A DNA stretch of 64,000 nt from Candidatus Spyradenecus sp. (GTDB lineage: Bacteria; Verrucomicrobiota; Verrucomicrobiia; Opitutales; UBA953), in NCBI GenBank assembly GCA_045535075.1, contig JAZSKX010000014.1, forward strand, positions 192,001-256,000, given 5' to 3'. The position numbers and the translations under genes were made by a program. The notes under the pieces are model-generated. The model was not told the DNA's origin. It saw only the letters and a program-made list of their open reading frames with translations, and did not search any database. Positions 20,384-31,278 of this stretch are shown piece after piece. Within the stretch, counting starts at the first letter, position 1; every line of letters starts with the position of its first letter.

Positions 20384-22309
20384 ATGAGTAAAATTCTTGG
20401 AATCGACCTTGGTACCACCAATTCTTGCATGGCTGTCATGGAAGGCGGCGAACCCGTCGTCATCCCGAACAGCGAAGGCGCGCGCACGACGCCTTCGGTA
20501 GTCGCGTTTGCGAAAAACGGCGAACGCCTCGTCGGCCAGGCGGCAAAACGCCAAGCCGTTACGAACCCGAAAAACACGATCTTTTCGGCAAAACGCCTGA
20601 TCGGCCGTAAATTTGCGGAAGTTCAGGAAGAAATCAAATCGTTCCCGTTCACCGTCGTTGAAGGTAAAAACGGCGACGCCGCAATTCAGGCGGAAGTGAA
20701 CGGCAAAACGGAAACTTTCGCGCCGGAACAAATCTCCGCGATGGTGCTCGCAAAAATGAAAGCTGACGCCGAAGCCTATCTCGGCGAAAAAATCACGCAG
20801 GCGGTCATCACCGTTCCCGCGTATTTTAACGACGCTCAACGCCAAGCCACAAAGGACGCGGGAACGATCGCAGGGCTCGAAGTGCTCCGCATCATCAACG
20901 AACCGACCGCCGCTTCCCTCGCTTACGGTTTGGATAAAAAATCCGACGAAAAAATCGCGGTTTACGACCTCGGCGGCGGAACGTATGACGTTTCCATTCT
21001 CGAAATCGGCGACGGCGTTTTTGAAGTCAAAGCCACCAACGGCGACACTCAACTCGGCGGCGATAATTTCGACGAACGCATCATTTCCTGGCTCGTTGAC
21101 GGCTTCAAAGCCGAAAACGGAATCGACCTCCGCAACGACCCGATCGCGCTCCAACGCCTGAAAGAAGAAGCGGAAAAAGCCAAAATCGCGCTTTCGTCCA
21201 CCAATTCCACCGACATCAATCTGCCCTTCATCACGGCGGACGCAACCGGCCCGAAGCACTTGAACGTCCAGCTCACGCGCGCCAAGCTCGAACAGCTTTG
21301 CGACGACTTGCTCGAACGCACCCGCATTCCGTTTGAAAAATGCTTGCGCGACGCCGAGCTTTCCATGAGCGAAATTAACGAGCTCGTTCTCGTCGGCGGT
21401 ATGACGCGTATGCCGAAAGTCGTCGAAGTCGCCCGCAGCCTCGCGGGAAAAGAACCGCACAAGGGCGTGAACCCGGACGAAGTCGTCGCTATCGGCGCTT
21501 CCATTCAGGGCGGCGTGCTCAAGGGTGATGTTCGCGACGTGCTTCTGCTCGACGTTACGCCGCTCACGCTTTCCATCGAAACCGCCGGCGGTGTTTCCAC
21601 GCCGATGATTGAACGCAACTCGACGATTCCGACGAAAAAATCCCAGATTTTCTCGACCTACGCGGACAACCAGACCGCCGTCGACATCCGCGTTCTCCAA
21701 GGCGAACGCCCGATGGCGAAGGACAACAAGCAACTCGGGCTTTTCCGCCTCGACGGAATCAATCCCGCGCCGCGCGGCACGCCGCAAATCGAAGTTACCT
21801 TCGACATCGACGCGAACGGTATTTTGCACGTTTCCGCCATCGACAAAGGCACCGGCAAGAGCCAGGAAATCTCCATCACGGGATCGTCCGGCTTGAGCAA
21901 GGACGAAGTTGAAAAACTCCGCAAGGAAGCCGAACTTCACGCCGCGGAAGACAAAGTCCTTCGCGAAACCGCCGAAGCGCGCAACAAGCTCGACGCCTAC
22001 GTTTTCCAAATCGAAAAGCAAATCAAGGAAGCCGGAGACAAAGTTCCCGCCGAACAAAAAGCGGAAATGGACAAGCTCCTCGCCGACGCGAAGAAAGTGC
22101 TCGAAGACAAATCTTCCACGCTCGACGCGATTAACGAACAGGTTTCCAAAATCGAAAGCATCATGCAGGCGGCTCAGCAGTTCGCCCAGCAGCAACAGCA
22201 AGCCGGCGCGGGAACGCCTCCGCCGCCCCCGCAGAATGACGCTTCATCCGCCAAGAAAGGCGGCAACGGCGCCGTCGATGCCGACTTCGAAGTCGTCGAC
22301 GATAAGTAA
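20384..22309 (+). CDS. dnaK: Chaperone DnaK
   Basis: [39 protein letters not shown]. Confidence 0.99.
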   Translation: MSKILGIDLGTTNSCMAVMEGGEPVVIPNSEGARTTPSVVAFAKNGERLVGQAAKRQAVTNPKNTIFSAKRLIGRKFAEVQEEIKSFPFTVVEGKNGDAAIQAEVNGKTETFAPEQISAMVLAKMKADAEAYLGEKITQAVITVPAYFNDAQRQATKDAGTIAGLEVLRIINEPTAASLAYGLDKKSDEKIAVYDLGGGTYDVSILEIGDGVFEVKATNGDTQLGGDNFDERIISWLVDGFKAENGIDLRNDPIALQRLKEEAEKAKIALSSTNSTDINLPFITADATGPKHLNVQLTRAKLEQLCDDLLERTRIPFEKCLRDAELSMSEINELVLVGGMTRMPKVVEVARSLAGKEPHKGVNPDEVVAIGASIQGGVLKGDVRDVLLLDVTPLTLSIETAGGVSTPMIERNSTIPTKKSQIFSTYADNQTAVDIRVLQGERPMAKDNKQLGLFRLDGINPAPRGTPQIEVTFDIDANGILHVSAIDKGTGKSQEISITGSSGLSKDEVEKLRKEAELHAAEDKVLRETAEARNKLDAYVFQIEKQIKEAGDKVPAEQKAEMDKLLADAKKVLEDKSSTLDAINEQVSKIESIMQAAQQFAQQQQQAGAGTPPPPPQNDASSAKKGGNGAVDADFEVVDDK

Positions 22310-22392
22310 GATAGTGGCTGGTAACCGGGAATTAGTAACCGGAAGTTAGCAACCGATAGCTTCCGATTACCGGCTCCCGGTTCCGAGTTGCC

Positions 22393-22438
22393 AAAAAAAA
22401 AGCGTTCCCGTGATTAATTTCGCGGGAACGCTTTTTTT
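22393..22438. terminator. Bidirectional terminator made of an inverted CGGGAAC pair
   Basis: A9-GCGTTCCCGTG-loop-CGCGGGAACGC-T7 between convergent genes. Confidence 0.9.
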
Positions 22439-23625
22439 CATTTATCCGCCAAGCGATAAATGGCGAGAATATCGTCCGAATAAAGCTTGCGAAAATTACC
22501 TTGCGGGATTTCGCTCCCGTCGCGTGAACGTGAAAGCACGGCTTTCTTTGCCATTTCTTCGAATCGGGAATCGTCCGGAATGCCGAGTTCCCGCATCGTT
22601 GTCGGCAAACCGAGTTCCCGCCAAAAGGCTTCGAGCGCATCAATTCCTGCGATAGCAAGTGCTTTTCCGTCGGGAGCAGAAATTCCGAAAACCTTTTCTG
22701 CGAAGCGGGCAAATCGAGCCGTGTCCGTTTGATGCACGTAGCGCATCCATGCGGGAACGACGGTTGCCAAACCGGCGCCGTGTGCGACATCGTAAATCGC
22801 ACTGATTTCGTGTTCCATACCGTGCGAAGCCCAATCCTGTACGCGCCCGAGCCCGAGCAGATTGTTGTGCGCGAGCGTTCCCGCGAAACCGATCTCCGCC
22901 CACGCGTTATAATCACTCGGGTTTTTCATCAGTTTCCGGGCATTGGCGATAATTGTGCGTAGCGTCGCTTCGCAGAGTTCGTCGGTGAGTTCGACGTACG
23001 GCGTGCGCGTGAAGTAGCGCTCGAAAATATGGCACATCATATCGCAAACGCCGTTGGCGATTTGATTTTTCGGTAAGGTAAAAAAGAGTTCCGGATTAAG
23101 AATGCTGAAAACAGGGCGGAGCAGGTCGCTCCCGTAGCCGAGTTTGAGTTGTGTCGCGTCGTCGGTGATGACGGTATTCGGGCTTGCCTCGGAACCGGTT
23201 GCGGGAAGAGTCAGAATCGTTGCGACCGGAATGGCTTTTTTTATCTGATCTCGGGAAATAAAATTCCCCCAGACATCGCCGTTTTCTTCGGGAACTCCCA
23301 TTGCAATCGCTTTTGCTGAATCGACAACGCTTCCGCCTCCGACGGCAAGAATAAGCGTAATTTTTTCCCGACGGCAAATTTCAATGCCTTCGCGCACGAG
23401 ATCAAGACGCGGATTCGGAACGACGCCGCCGAGTTCGACAAGCTCGACTCCGTGTTCCCGCAAGGAAGCAATGACGGTGTCGTAAAGCCCGCTTCGTTTG
23501 ATGCTTCCGCCGCCGAAATGGAGTAAAATCTTGTTTGCTATCTTTTTGACTTCCTCCCCGACTCTGTTTTGCGTGCTACGTCCGTAAATGATTTTCGTGT
23601 GATTATGGTAGGTGAAATTTTCCAT
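22438..23625 (-). CDS. Iron-containing alcohol dehydrogenase (butanol dehydrogenase-like)
   Basis: GGGSIKRSG, GGVVPNPR, GGGSVVDSAK, HGMEHEISA..HGAGL. Confidence 0.93.
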   Translation of the reverse strand: MENFTYHNHTKIIYGRSTQNRVGEEVKKIANKILLHFGGGSIKRSGLYDTVIASLREHGVELVELGGVVPNPRLDLVREGIEICRREKITLILAVGGGSVVDSAKAIAMGVPEENGDVWGNFISRDQIKKAIPVATILTLPATGSEASPNTVITDDATQLKLGYGSDLLRPVFSILNPELFFTLPKNQIANGVCDMMCHIFERYFTRTPYVELTDELCEATLRTIIANARKLMKNPSDYNAWAEIGFAGTLAHNNLLGLGRVQDWASHGMEHEISAIYDVAHGAGLATVVPAWMRYVHQTDTARFARFAEKVFGISAPDGKALAIAGIDALEAFWRELGLPTTMRELGIPDDSRFEEMAKKAVLSRSRDGSEIPQGNFRKLYSDDILAIYRLADK

Positions 23626-23641
23626 AAGTGTAATGGCTCGA

Positions 23642-25846
23642 CTATCTCTTCTTAAAAGAAAGTTCGACGGAAGGATTTTTCGCGTCGGCGGCGCAAACGT
23701 ATTCGATGCGAATCTTGTGCGTTCCCGCCGCGAGATTCACGCCGCGCATTCCCGTCGGGTTTTCCGTTCCGACGTTCGCGTAGGATTTCGCTTCCGTGCC
23801 GGGTTTGTAAAGCTTGTCCGCGTCGATGAGCTGAATGTCGTAAAGATGGACGAAGGCTTTGCTTCCCTTGTTTTTGTCCGTTTTGAGGGAAAAAACATAT
23901 TCGCCTTCTTCGGGAACGGAAATCGTGCCTTCAATCAAAATGCCGCGCGCGCCGCGCCCGTCGATAAATTTTTGCGGCAAGAGATTTTTGCCGAGCGGTT
24001 TTTCCTCCTTGCCGGAGAGCACGGGCTTTAAGTGCGTTTGGCGAAAATCCGGTACCCACGGGAACGCTTTGTCCGACGCAAAGGCTTTGTATTCAAATTT
24101 TAATTGCGTTGAATCGCCGGATTTTCCGACGGCGGGAACGGGATTTTTTTCAAAGAAAACTTTTTGCGAGAAATCGAGTCCGCGCGTGTATTCGTGCGGA
24201 TGTTTTCCGTCGAAAGCGCGGCGGGAACGCAACGCTTTGTCGCGCAGTTTTTGCTGGAAATCTTCGCCGAAGCCGGGCTTGCCCGCGAGATTTTTGCTTT
24301 CCTGAGGGTCTTTTAGTGTATCGTAAATTTCAAATACAACGGCGCCGTCGCCGGAAAATTTTGTATTTTCATTTAAATTACGCGCCAAGCCTTTGTAGCC
24401 GTCAACCCAAACGACAAGCTGATTGCGGCGCGACAGCCCGTGGTGTGCGGGAACGAAATCGCCGCGCCGGCTTGAAGAGCCGCCGACGGAATATTCGCAG
24501 TAAATTTGCCCGGGCATTTGCTCGCCGCGCCCCGTCAGCGTCGGCAGAATCGACACGCCGTCCGAGCCTGACGGAATTTCTATTCCGGCGGCATCGGCGA
24601 AGGTCGCGAGCCAGTCGTGGAATTGCGAGGGTTCGGTGGTCGTTTTTTTCTTCGGAATAAATTTCGGCCAGCGCACGATGGCGGGAACGCGCAAGCCGCC
24701 TTCGAACACGTCACGCTTGATGCCGTCCATCATGCCGTAAGACTTAAAAAACGCGGGATCCTGCGCCGGAGAGCCGGACGCGAAAAATGCGGTGCGCGCG
24801 CTGTCGTTGCCGGGTTCTTCATGCGGACCGTTGTCGGAAGTGAAAACGACCATCGTGTTGTCGTCGATTTTCAAATCTTTGAGCAGTTTGAAAAGGTCCG
24901 CCATCGCGTCGTCTACGCGGCGAATCATTGTCGAGTGGCGGCGGGCGGCATCGGTCGCGAAGTTTTTATTATCGGGGTGAATGTAGGAATCGGGCGCGCC
25001 GAGTTTCGGGTCGGCAGTGTTGACGGTGCCGTTTTTCGTCCATTGGACGCCGCCTTTGATCCCGCCGCCTGAGGGATACGCGCAATTCGGCACGCGCAGA
25101 GAGCCGTGCGGAGCAGGGAGCGCGAGGTAAACGAAAAACGGCTGGCGCGGGTTGGTTTTTGTGCTTTTGACGATCCAGTCTTTGGCGCGCGCGGTAAAAA
25201 GGTCTGTCGAATACGCGTTCCCGCTTTTGAGCTTGGGCGTTACATTTGTTTCGTTTTCCCAAACGTAGCGACCGCAGTTCGCGGGGTAGTGATAATGCCC
25301 GGCGAGATGGTCGAAAATGCCGTAAAAATAATCGAATCCGCGTTCCCGTGCGCGGGCGAATCCGGTGTTTCCGGTTGAGCCGTTCCCGACGCCGCCGATA
25401 CCCCATTTGCCGATGGCGGCGGTCGTGTAGCCGGCGGCTTGGAGTACGGATCCAAGTGTGTGGACATCGGCGATGGGCGTGTCAAATGTGTTGTCGCGCA
25501 CTTGTCGCGTGTGCCCTTGGTGCATTCCCGTCATGAGCGACGCGCGGGCGGGAGCGCTTACGGGGCAAGCCGTGTAATGGCGGGCGAGCAGAATGCCTTC
25601 GCTTGCCATTTTGTCGAGCGTCGGTGTTTTGAAGCGATTTGGGCGGGAACGGTTTTTGAATTTTTCGCCGTAGTTCCAATTGCAATTTAAGTCGCCCCAA
25701 CCCATGTCGTCCACGAGTACGAAAATGATGTTCGGGCGTGCGCCGGAAGCGTTTTTCGGGGCGGCTCCCAAAGTTTGCGGGAACACGAACGGAGTGACGG
25801 CGGATGCCAGTAGGGCGGAGCGGAAAAATTTTTTTATACAAAGCAT
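23642..25846 (-). CDS. Secreted sulfatase (Ser-type signature) with PA14-like C-terminal domain
   Basis: PNIIFVLVDDMGWGD, SAPARASLMTG, GKWG, FTSDNG, FEGGLRVP. Confidence 0.9.
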   Translation of the reverse strand: MLCIKKFFRSALLASAVTPFVFPQTLGAAPKNASGARPNIIFVLVDDMGWGDLNCNWNYGEKFKNRSRPNRFKTPTLDKMASEGILLARHYTACPVSAPARASLMTGMHQGHTRQVRDNTFDTPIADVHTLGSVLQAAGYTTAAIGKWGIGGVGNGSTGNTGFARARERGFDYFYGIFDHLAGHYHYPANCGRYVWENETNVTPKLKSGNAYSTDLFTARAKDWIVKSTKTNPRQPFFVYLALPAPHGSLRVPNCAYPSGGGIKGGVQWTKNGTVNTADPKLGAPDSYIHPDNKNFATDAARRHSTMIRRVDDAMADLFKLLKDLKIDDNTMVVFTSDNGPHEEPGNDSARTAFFASGSPAQDPAFFKSYGMMDGIKRDVFEGGLRVPAIVRWPKFIPKKKTTTEPSQFHDWLATFADAAGIEIPSGSDGVSILPTLTGRGEQMPGQIYCEYSVGGSSSRRGDFVPAHHGLSRRNQLVVWVDGYKGLARNLNENTKFSGDGAVVFEIYDTLKDPQESKNLAGKPGFGEDFQQKLRDKALRSRRAFDGKHPHEYTRGLDFSQKVFFEKNPVPAVGKSGDSTQLKFEYKAFASDKAFPWVPDFRQTHLKPVLSGKEEKPLGKNLLPQKFIDGRGARGILIEGTISVPEEGEYVFSLKTDKNKGSKAFVHLYDIQLIDADKLYKPGTEAKSYANVGTENPTGMRGVNLAAGTHKIRIEYVCAADAKNPSVELSFKKR

Positions 25847-25915
25847 AAATTATAATTAAAAGATAATTACAACGAGGAGGATAATCCGCTTGAGCCGAAA
25901 ACGATGCGCGACGGC

Positions 25916-27037
25916 TTAGTTTACTTTACGGCACAACCATGCGGCATAAAGAAAAAGAATGATGTTGGGGGCCCATGCGGCGGCGACGGGCGGGAGCCAT
26001 TGTTTGGCGCCGAGCGCGTTGAAGATGTTGGTAAGCAAAAAGTAGGCGGCGAAAAGCCCGATGGATTTGGAGACGCCGACCATCGGATTGGTTCGTACGC
26101 CGGCAACGGCGAAAGGAATTGCGATACCGACGACGATGAGGCAACAGAACGGACTCGCCAGAATCGAATTGTAATGCACGGAATATTCTGCGACGAGGGC
26201 TGCATTTTCTTCTCCGCCCATGGAGTTGAGCAACTCGCGAATTTCGGGAATGGAAAGGTCGTCCGGGTCTTTATTGGTTAACGCCATCAGACGCGGATTT
26301 TCCGGAAATTCCTCGCGGGAAAGCGTCATGAGGTTCTTTCCTGAAGGCTGAAATTTATCGAATGTTTTTTGGCTTTTCGGCGGTTTTGCAGGTCCGTTCC
26401 CGAAGTCGACAAGGCGTCCGTCATACAGCGTCCACGTTCCCGTGGCTTCATCGTAATATCCGGTTTCTGCGACAATTTCCTTTGTAATCTCACCTTTTTT
26501 GTTGAAGCAGTAGATGTTTACGTTTTGAGCTTCGCCGGTATAGGACTTAAAATTAGCAATCAGCCAAATATGCCGCTCTGCAGCGTTGTTGTAAAAGAGG
26601 CGTTCACCGCGTTCGCCGGCTTTATCGTATTGCTGAATAATCCGCGCCGTGCATTCCGTGGCGTAGGGTACGAACGTTGCGTTCAACAGGAGCATCAGGA
26701 CGGAAAGAAGCGCTCCCGCGACCCAGAGTGAACGTGTGATGCGGAAGATGCCGAGCCCGGCGGCGCGCCACGCCGTCAGTTCCTGATTTTTGTGAAAATG
26801 CCCGAGAATGAAGAGCAGGGAGACGAGTAGGGAGACGGGAATAACGATCGGGAGAAAGCCGACGGCCGTCATGCCGAAAAATTCCAGCATTTTCAAGGTC
26901 GGGATTTGCCACTCGATTAAGTCTTGGAGGTCGTTATAAACCGAGGAAATAAGCAACATTCCTACCATTGCGCAAAGCGCCATGAGGAAAATTTTAAACC
27001 ATTCCTTAAAAACGTGTTTGTCGATAATCGGAAGCAT
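25916..27037 (-). CDS. LptF/LptG family LPS export permease
   Basis: 3 N-terminal TMs, NQELTAWRAAGLG, C-terminal PVAAAWAPN. Confidence 0.88.
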   Translation of the reverse strand: MLPIIDKHVFKEWFKIFLMALCAMVGMLLISSVYNDLQDLIEWQIPTLKMLEFFGMTAVGFLPIVIPVSLLVSLLFILGHFHKNQELTAWRAAGLGIFRITRSLWVAGALLSVLMLLLNATFVPYATECTARIIQQYDKAGERGERLFYNNAAERHIWLIANFKSYTGEAQNVNIYCFNKKGEITKEIVAETGYYDEATGTWTLYDGRLVDFGNGPAKPPKSQKTFDKFQPSGKNLMTLSREEFPENPRLMALTNKDPDDLSIPEIRELLNSMGGEENAALVAEYSVHYNSILASPFCCLIVVGIAIPFAVAGVRTNPMVGVSKSIGLFAAYFLLTNIFNALGAKQWLPPVAAAWAPNIILFLYAAWLCRKVN

Positions 27038-27082
27038 CAGATTCTTTGAGAAGTGTAAAGGGTTTGTTCGGGAAGGCGAGAA

Positions 27083-28858
27083 TTAATGCTGTTCGAGAAT
27101 TTTTTTGGCGCGTTCCCGTCGTTCAATTCTTTCTTGTTCTGCCCGTTCTTTTTTTCGTTTTTCGATGATCGCCCGGCGCTCCGCCTCTTTTTCTGCTGCG
27201 AGGGCGGCTTTTTCTTCCGTGTAAGTCGGAAGTTTGCGCGGGTAGCCTTTACAAGGAGTCCAAATCTTGGATTCGCCTTTAAATTTATTGCGGACTTTGT
27301 TTTTTGCCTTTTCCGAAACGTCGATTTTCCAGCGTTCGAAATAGGGAACAAGGTTTTTTTCCGTCGCTTCGGCAAGCGCTACTAAGAAGAAATCCCAACG
27401 TTCCTGATTGGTTGTCGAGTTGTTGAACGGCTGTTCTTCGTGGTGGCGCAAAGCGACTTTCCGGAAGGAGTCGTAGCCGAGCCCGCGCATGAGTTCGACG
27501 AAGAAATAAAGTTTCAGGCGTACGTCTTCTTCTTTGTCGAAAGTCGTTTTGTTGTTTTTAGTCAAAAAAGCCTGGACGCTTGCTTTCATATCTTCGGGCG
27601 CGATGGAGGTTCCGTCCCAAGCCTGCTCGTAGGAGGTGCCGATCGCTTGTGTTTGACTGATTGTTGAGAAAAGATTGACCGTTACTTCCGTGCAGCCGTC
27701 AAAGCGGAAAGGTGCCCATTGATGGTTGTGTCCCAATTCGTGCCAAAGTCCCCAACTGCCTTGCTTGACGAGCATACCGCTTTTGATGCAGTTCCCCCAA
27801 TCCATGTAGCCCATCGCGGGATAGCCCGAATGCCCGTAGCCGACGGAAATTTGTTCGTCGATGACAAAGCGCATCGGCGTCGCAATTTGGTCCGGATATT
27901 TGTCCCAACCGACAAGCCAATCCTGAACCGCCATACCGCGTTGCAGGTTTTTGCAGAGCCTGCGCGGAACTTTCAGCAGGCGCAGATGCTCCGCGGGAAC
28001 GGTAAAAATCAGGCGCGGAACGGCAATTTCACCCCATGGAGCCTTACATTCCGCAAGCTGCTTTTGCCACTCTTCCTGCTTAACGACGGCGATGTCGATG
28101 CCTTTGTCGTCTTTGTGCCCGAGGACAAAAAGCGGCGAAGCGATTCCGCCGGAAATTTCAACTCGGACGGGTTTATGCTTCGGGTGAACACCTTTGACAT
28201 CAAGATAGATTAAGCCTCCGAACGGATTTGCCAGTTCAGCCTTTTTTTCTCCCGCCTTAATGCGGACGGTATTCGTCATCTTGGGCGGGCGTTTTTGCGT
28301 GTTGTCGTGATGTTGTTCGAGGTGGCTTTTGGTGATGAAATCCGTGTGGCATCCGATACGCAAGTCCATGTCAAACTTGGTTTTCCCTTTAACCGATACC
28401 GTAATTTTGGCTCCCGGCGGCGCGTAAAGTCCCAAGCTGTGCCAACCGCCGACGGCGGGATCAATTTCCACCGTGCGCTCAATCAGTTCGACTTCGCCTT
28501 TGGGAACTCCCGGGAAAAATTCCGCGATGCGCGCCGCTTTGGTCCGTTTCGGGTCGCCGTTGAGAATATCGTCGATTTTTGCAATCCAAGCGTTGATTTT
28601 GGCGTTGTCCTTGCATGGTTTTTTCGGATGCGGTAAATCGTCCAAGGCGGGGTCTTTTTCCGCTGTTTCCCAGCTCCATTTGCCGATGACTTTATCTTTT
28701 TGGCAGGGAATCTTGTCGCGATACGTCGGCGCAAACGCATTGGTATCCAAGGCTTCTTCCATCGTAATTTCGTCTTTGACGGGAGCGGCAAGTCCGGAAA
28801 GCGTGTTTCCGCACAGAACGAACACGAAAAGACAGGTAAAAAAGCGCAAGAAATTCAT
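27083..28858 (-). CDS. M60-family metallopeptidase (enhancin/mucinase-like), secreted
   Basis: SLGLYAPPG, NPFGGLIY, GHSGYP, WGLWHELGHNHQ, EVTVNLF. Confidence 0.9.
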   Translation of the reverse strand: MNFLRFFTCLFVFVLCGNTLSGLAAPVKDEITMEEALDTNAFAPTYRDKIPCQKDKVIGKWSWETAEKDPALDDLPHPKKPCKDNAKINAWIAKIDDILNGDPKRTKAARIAEFFPGVPKGEVELIERTVEIDPAVGGWHSLGLYAPPGAKITVSVKGKTKFDMDLRIGCHTDFITKSHLEQHHDNTQKRPPKMTNTVRIKAGEKKAELANPFGGLIYLDVKGVHPKHKPVRVEISGGIASPLFVLGHKDDKGIDIAVVKQEEWQKQLAECKAPWGEIAVPRLIFTVPAEHLRLLKVPRRLCKNLQRGMAVQDWLVGWDKYPDQIATPMRFVIDEQISVGYGHSGYPAMGYMDWGNCIKSGMLVKQGSWGLWHELGHNHQWAPFRFDGCTEVTVNLFSTISQTQAIGTSYEQAWDGTSIAPEDMKASVQAFLTKNNKTTFDKEEDVRLKLYFFVELMRGLGYDSFRKVALRHHEEQPFNNSTTNQERWDFFLVALAEATEKNLVPYFERWKIDVSEKAKNKVRNKFKGESKIWTPCKGYPRKLPTYTEEKAALAAEKEAERRAIIEKRKKERAEQERIERRERAKKILEQH

Positions 28859-28986
28859 ACTCTCAGAATAATGAAACGCCCGTGCGCCGCTCAAACAAAT
28901 TCCTACGCGTAAATTTCGGCGGGAACGGGGAGCTTTCCGGTGCTTCCTCGCTTGCGTCGTGCGGCGACGCTTTTTAGATTGTCGCC

Positions 28987-29985
28987 ATGTATTTTAAGGA
29001 AGAATCCGAACGTTTCTCTAAATTGCTTGAAAAGCTTGCCGGCAAGCGCGTCGCCGTTATCGGGCATGTGCGTCCGGACGGCGATTGTATCGGTGCGCAG
29101 GTCGCTCTCTGCCGTATTTTGCGTTCCCGCGGCATTGATGCCGTTTGCGTCAATCACCATCCTGTTCCTTATAATTTAAAAAACTTTGTCGGCGATACAC
29201 CGTTTTTTCATGAGCCGGATTTTGAAAATGACGGGCGAATCGCCGTTGCCGTGGACTGCGGAAATCTTTCCCGACTCGGAAAATCGCTTCTCGAAAAGGC
29301 GTTCCCGCAAGGCGTCTTTGCGGCAATCGATCACCACGAAACCAACGAATTTTTCGCGTCCGAAGAAAACATCGTCGTCACGCGTGCCGCGGCAACGTGT
29401 CATTTGCTCGCCGCGTTTTGCTTGGATTGCGACATTTCGATCGATCCGGTGTTGGCAAACGCGCTTTATGTCGGAATCGCGACCGATACCGGGCAATTCC
29501 AATATTCTTCGACAACGGCGGAAGTGCTTGAAATTGCGGGAAAACTCATTCGCGCAGGTGCCTCTCCGGAATTTGTTTCACGCGAACTTTACGAACAGGA
29601 AAAATTTCAAAAACTCGAACTGCTCCAACGTTATCTCGCGACCGCGCAACTCTATGCCGACGGCAAAGTCGCTGTTGCATGGATTCCCAAAAATGCTTTT
29701 GAAGAAACGGGAACGACGCGGGAAGATGCCGACAATTTTGTCAATTATCTGCGCGGGATCGCAGGCGTTCAAATCGCGTGTCAACTCGAACAATCGCATA
29801 CGGGTGTGAAAGGAAGCCTGCGTGCGCCTAACGACCGGATTCGTGTCGATTTGCTCGCAAAAAAGTTTAACGGCGGCGGGCATATTCGCGCTGCCGGATT
29901 CAATCTTGACGGCGCCGATCTCGATCGCGACCGCGAACGAATCATTGCCGTCATTCTCGACCACCTGAACGCGTCTGCGTTCTGA
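28987..29985 (+). CDS. nrnA: DHH/DHHA1 phosphoesterase (NanoRNase/pAp phosphatase)
   Basis: HVRPDGDCIG, IDHH, TDTGQF, GGGHIRAAG. Confidence 0.9.
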   Translation: MYFKEESERFSKLLEKLAGKRVAVIGHVRPDGDCIGAQVALCRILRSRGIDAVCVNHHPVPYNLKNFVGDTPFFHEPDFENDGRIAVAVDCGNLSRLGKSLLEKAFPQGVFAAIDHHETNEFFASEENIVVTRAAATCHLLAAFCLDCDISIDPVLANALYVGIATDTGQFQYSSTTAEVLEIAGKLIRAGASPEFVSRELYEQEKFQKLELLQRYLATAQLYADGKVAVAWIPKNAFEETGTTREDADNFVNYLRGIAGVQIACQLEQSHTGVKGSLRAPNDRIRVDLLAKKFNGGGHIRAAGFNLDGADLDRDRERIIAVILDHLNASAF

Positions 29986-30034
29986 CGCTTACAGATTTTA
30001 GTCTTGTGTAGGATATGTTGGAGTCGTTGCTGAT

Positions 30035-31207
30035 TTATTTCCCGGGAAAATTCTCGTCGGTAGAAAAAGCTACTAAAGCAACTTTAATTTTTCGATGAAT
30101 GCGCAATAGCGACTTAAGAAGAGCTGCTGACTGGGGCGAAAGTCCCTGTTTTACAAGGAATTCTGCTTGGTATTCCAGGGTAACGAGTGCTTGTGTGAGA
30201 TTCACTTGACATCTCCCATGGTCTCTAAATCCAGGGAAACCTCTATTGATAAAATTGGAGGCAGGACAAGTGTAGCAAGTGTGTTTAATCGGACACCCTT
30301 GGCAGTAGGGGTCGTTGTGATATTCTAGGCGCTCAGGTCTGTAATCAGCAAAAACACGTGCACGTTTCCCTGCACATACCGGGGAAAACATACTGCATGG
30401 ATATAGCACCCCATCCACATCATAGCACACCTTTAGCATACCTGCGCCACAGCGCTGGGAGCAGGGAGCGTCTGAATCTTCTCCACCTTTGAAAAAAGGT
30501 TCAAGTAGTGTTGGTATTACTTGTGGAAATTCAATGTAGAATTGTTTGAGCTCTCGCAATTGGGCTTCTAGGGTAATCGCGTCTTCGTGCGACCACGACA
30601 CACCATTTGCCAACTGGGCCCGCAAAGAGTACCCTTTTTCTGTTGCAGTACGTATATCTTTTGCCACTGTAGATACAGTGGCAGGACTAACAGTCATACG
30701 AAAAGACATGTCCGGCCACTCACATCGGCAAAACTCTAGAGCAGATTCAGAAAAGCAACCACGATTTTGGTGTTGTGCAGAAGTAGAACCGTCATAACTG
30801 ACAGTAAGAACCACCATATCTTTATTCTGGCGAAACCATTCCTTCATTTCATCATTCAATAGTGTACCATTCGTGATTACCATAAACATGGTGGGACACA
30901 CCTGTGCGCGAGGGCGCGCCCACGGAACTAGCTTCTTTATTAACTCAAAATTCAACAACGGTTCTCCTCCAAACAGCTCTACCAGCAGCCATGAAAAACG
31001 GGGATCCTGCCGCACGAGATTCATCTGCTCACTCACACAACGCTGAGCCGTAACAAAATTCATTGAGTGCTCCGTTTTAAAATGCTCGTAACAATAGGAA
31101 CAATTCAGATTGCAACTTCGCGTCAAAATAAGCGTACACGTTTTGTTTTTACGCCTAGTAAGAGGAGGTAATTGTTCGATAATCGGGGTTAATGCTAGTT
31201 CTTTCAT
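30035..31207 (-). CDS. Radical SAM/SPASM peptide maturase-like enzyme (rSAM-2)
   Basis: CNLNCSYC, FGGEPLL, TNGTLL, SYDG; SPASM CGAG..DGVLYPC...CQGCPIKHTCYTC...C. Confidence 0.9.
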   Translation of the reverse strand: MKELALTPIIEQLPPLTRRKNKTCTLILTRSCNLNCSYCYEHFKTEHSMNFVTAQRCVSEQMNLVRQDPRFSWLLVELFGGEPLLNFELIKKLVPWARPRAQVCPTMFMVITNGTLLNDEMKEWFRQNKDMVVLTVSYDGSTSAQHQNRGCFSESALEFCRCEWPDMSFRMTVSPATVSTVAKDIRTATEKGYSLRAQLANGVSWSHEDAITLEAQLRELKQFYIEFPQVIPTLLEPFFKGGEDSDAPCSQRCGAGMLKVCYDVDGVLYPCSMFSPVCAGKRARVFADYRPERLEYHNDPYCQGCPIKHTCYTCPASNFINRGFPGFRDHGRCQVNLTQALVTLEYQAEFLVKQGLSPQSAALLKSLLRIHRKIKVALVAFSTDENFPGK

Positions 31208-31222
31208 TAGAGTGATATAGAA

Positions 31223-31262
31223 CATCCGGCACACGAAGAGATAATGTCTCGAGTGCCGGATG
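31223..31262 (-). other. Stem-loop directly downstream of the putative precursor peptide gene
   Basis: CATCCGGCAC (31223-32) / GTGCCGGATG (31253-62), inner GAGA/TCTC; no U-tract. Confidence 0.7.
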
Positions 31263-31278
31263 GAAGCGATTTTTCTAC

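Noticed and set aside
20369..22201. 610-aa ORF antisense to dnaK
   Set aside because: Well-known shadow ORF arising from dnaK codon bias; no independent protein features.
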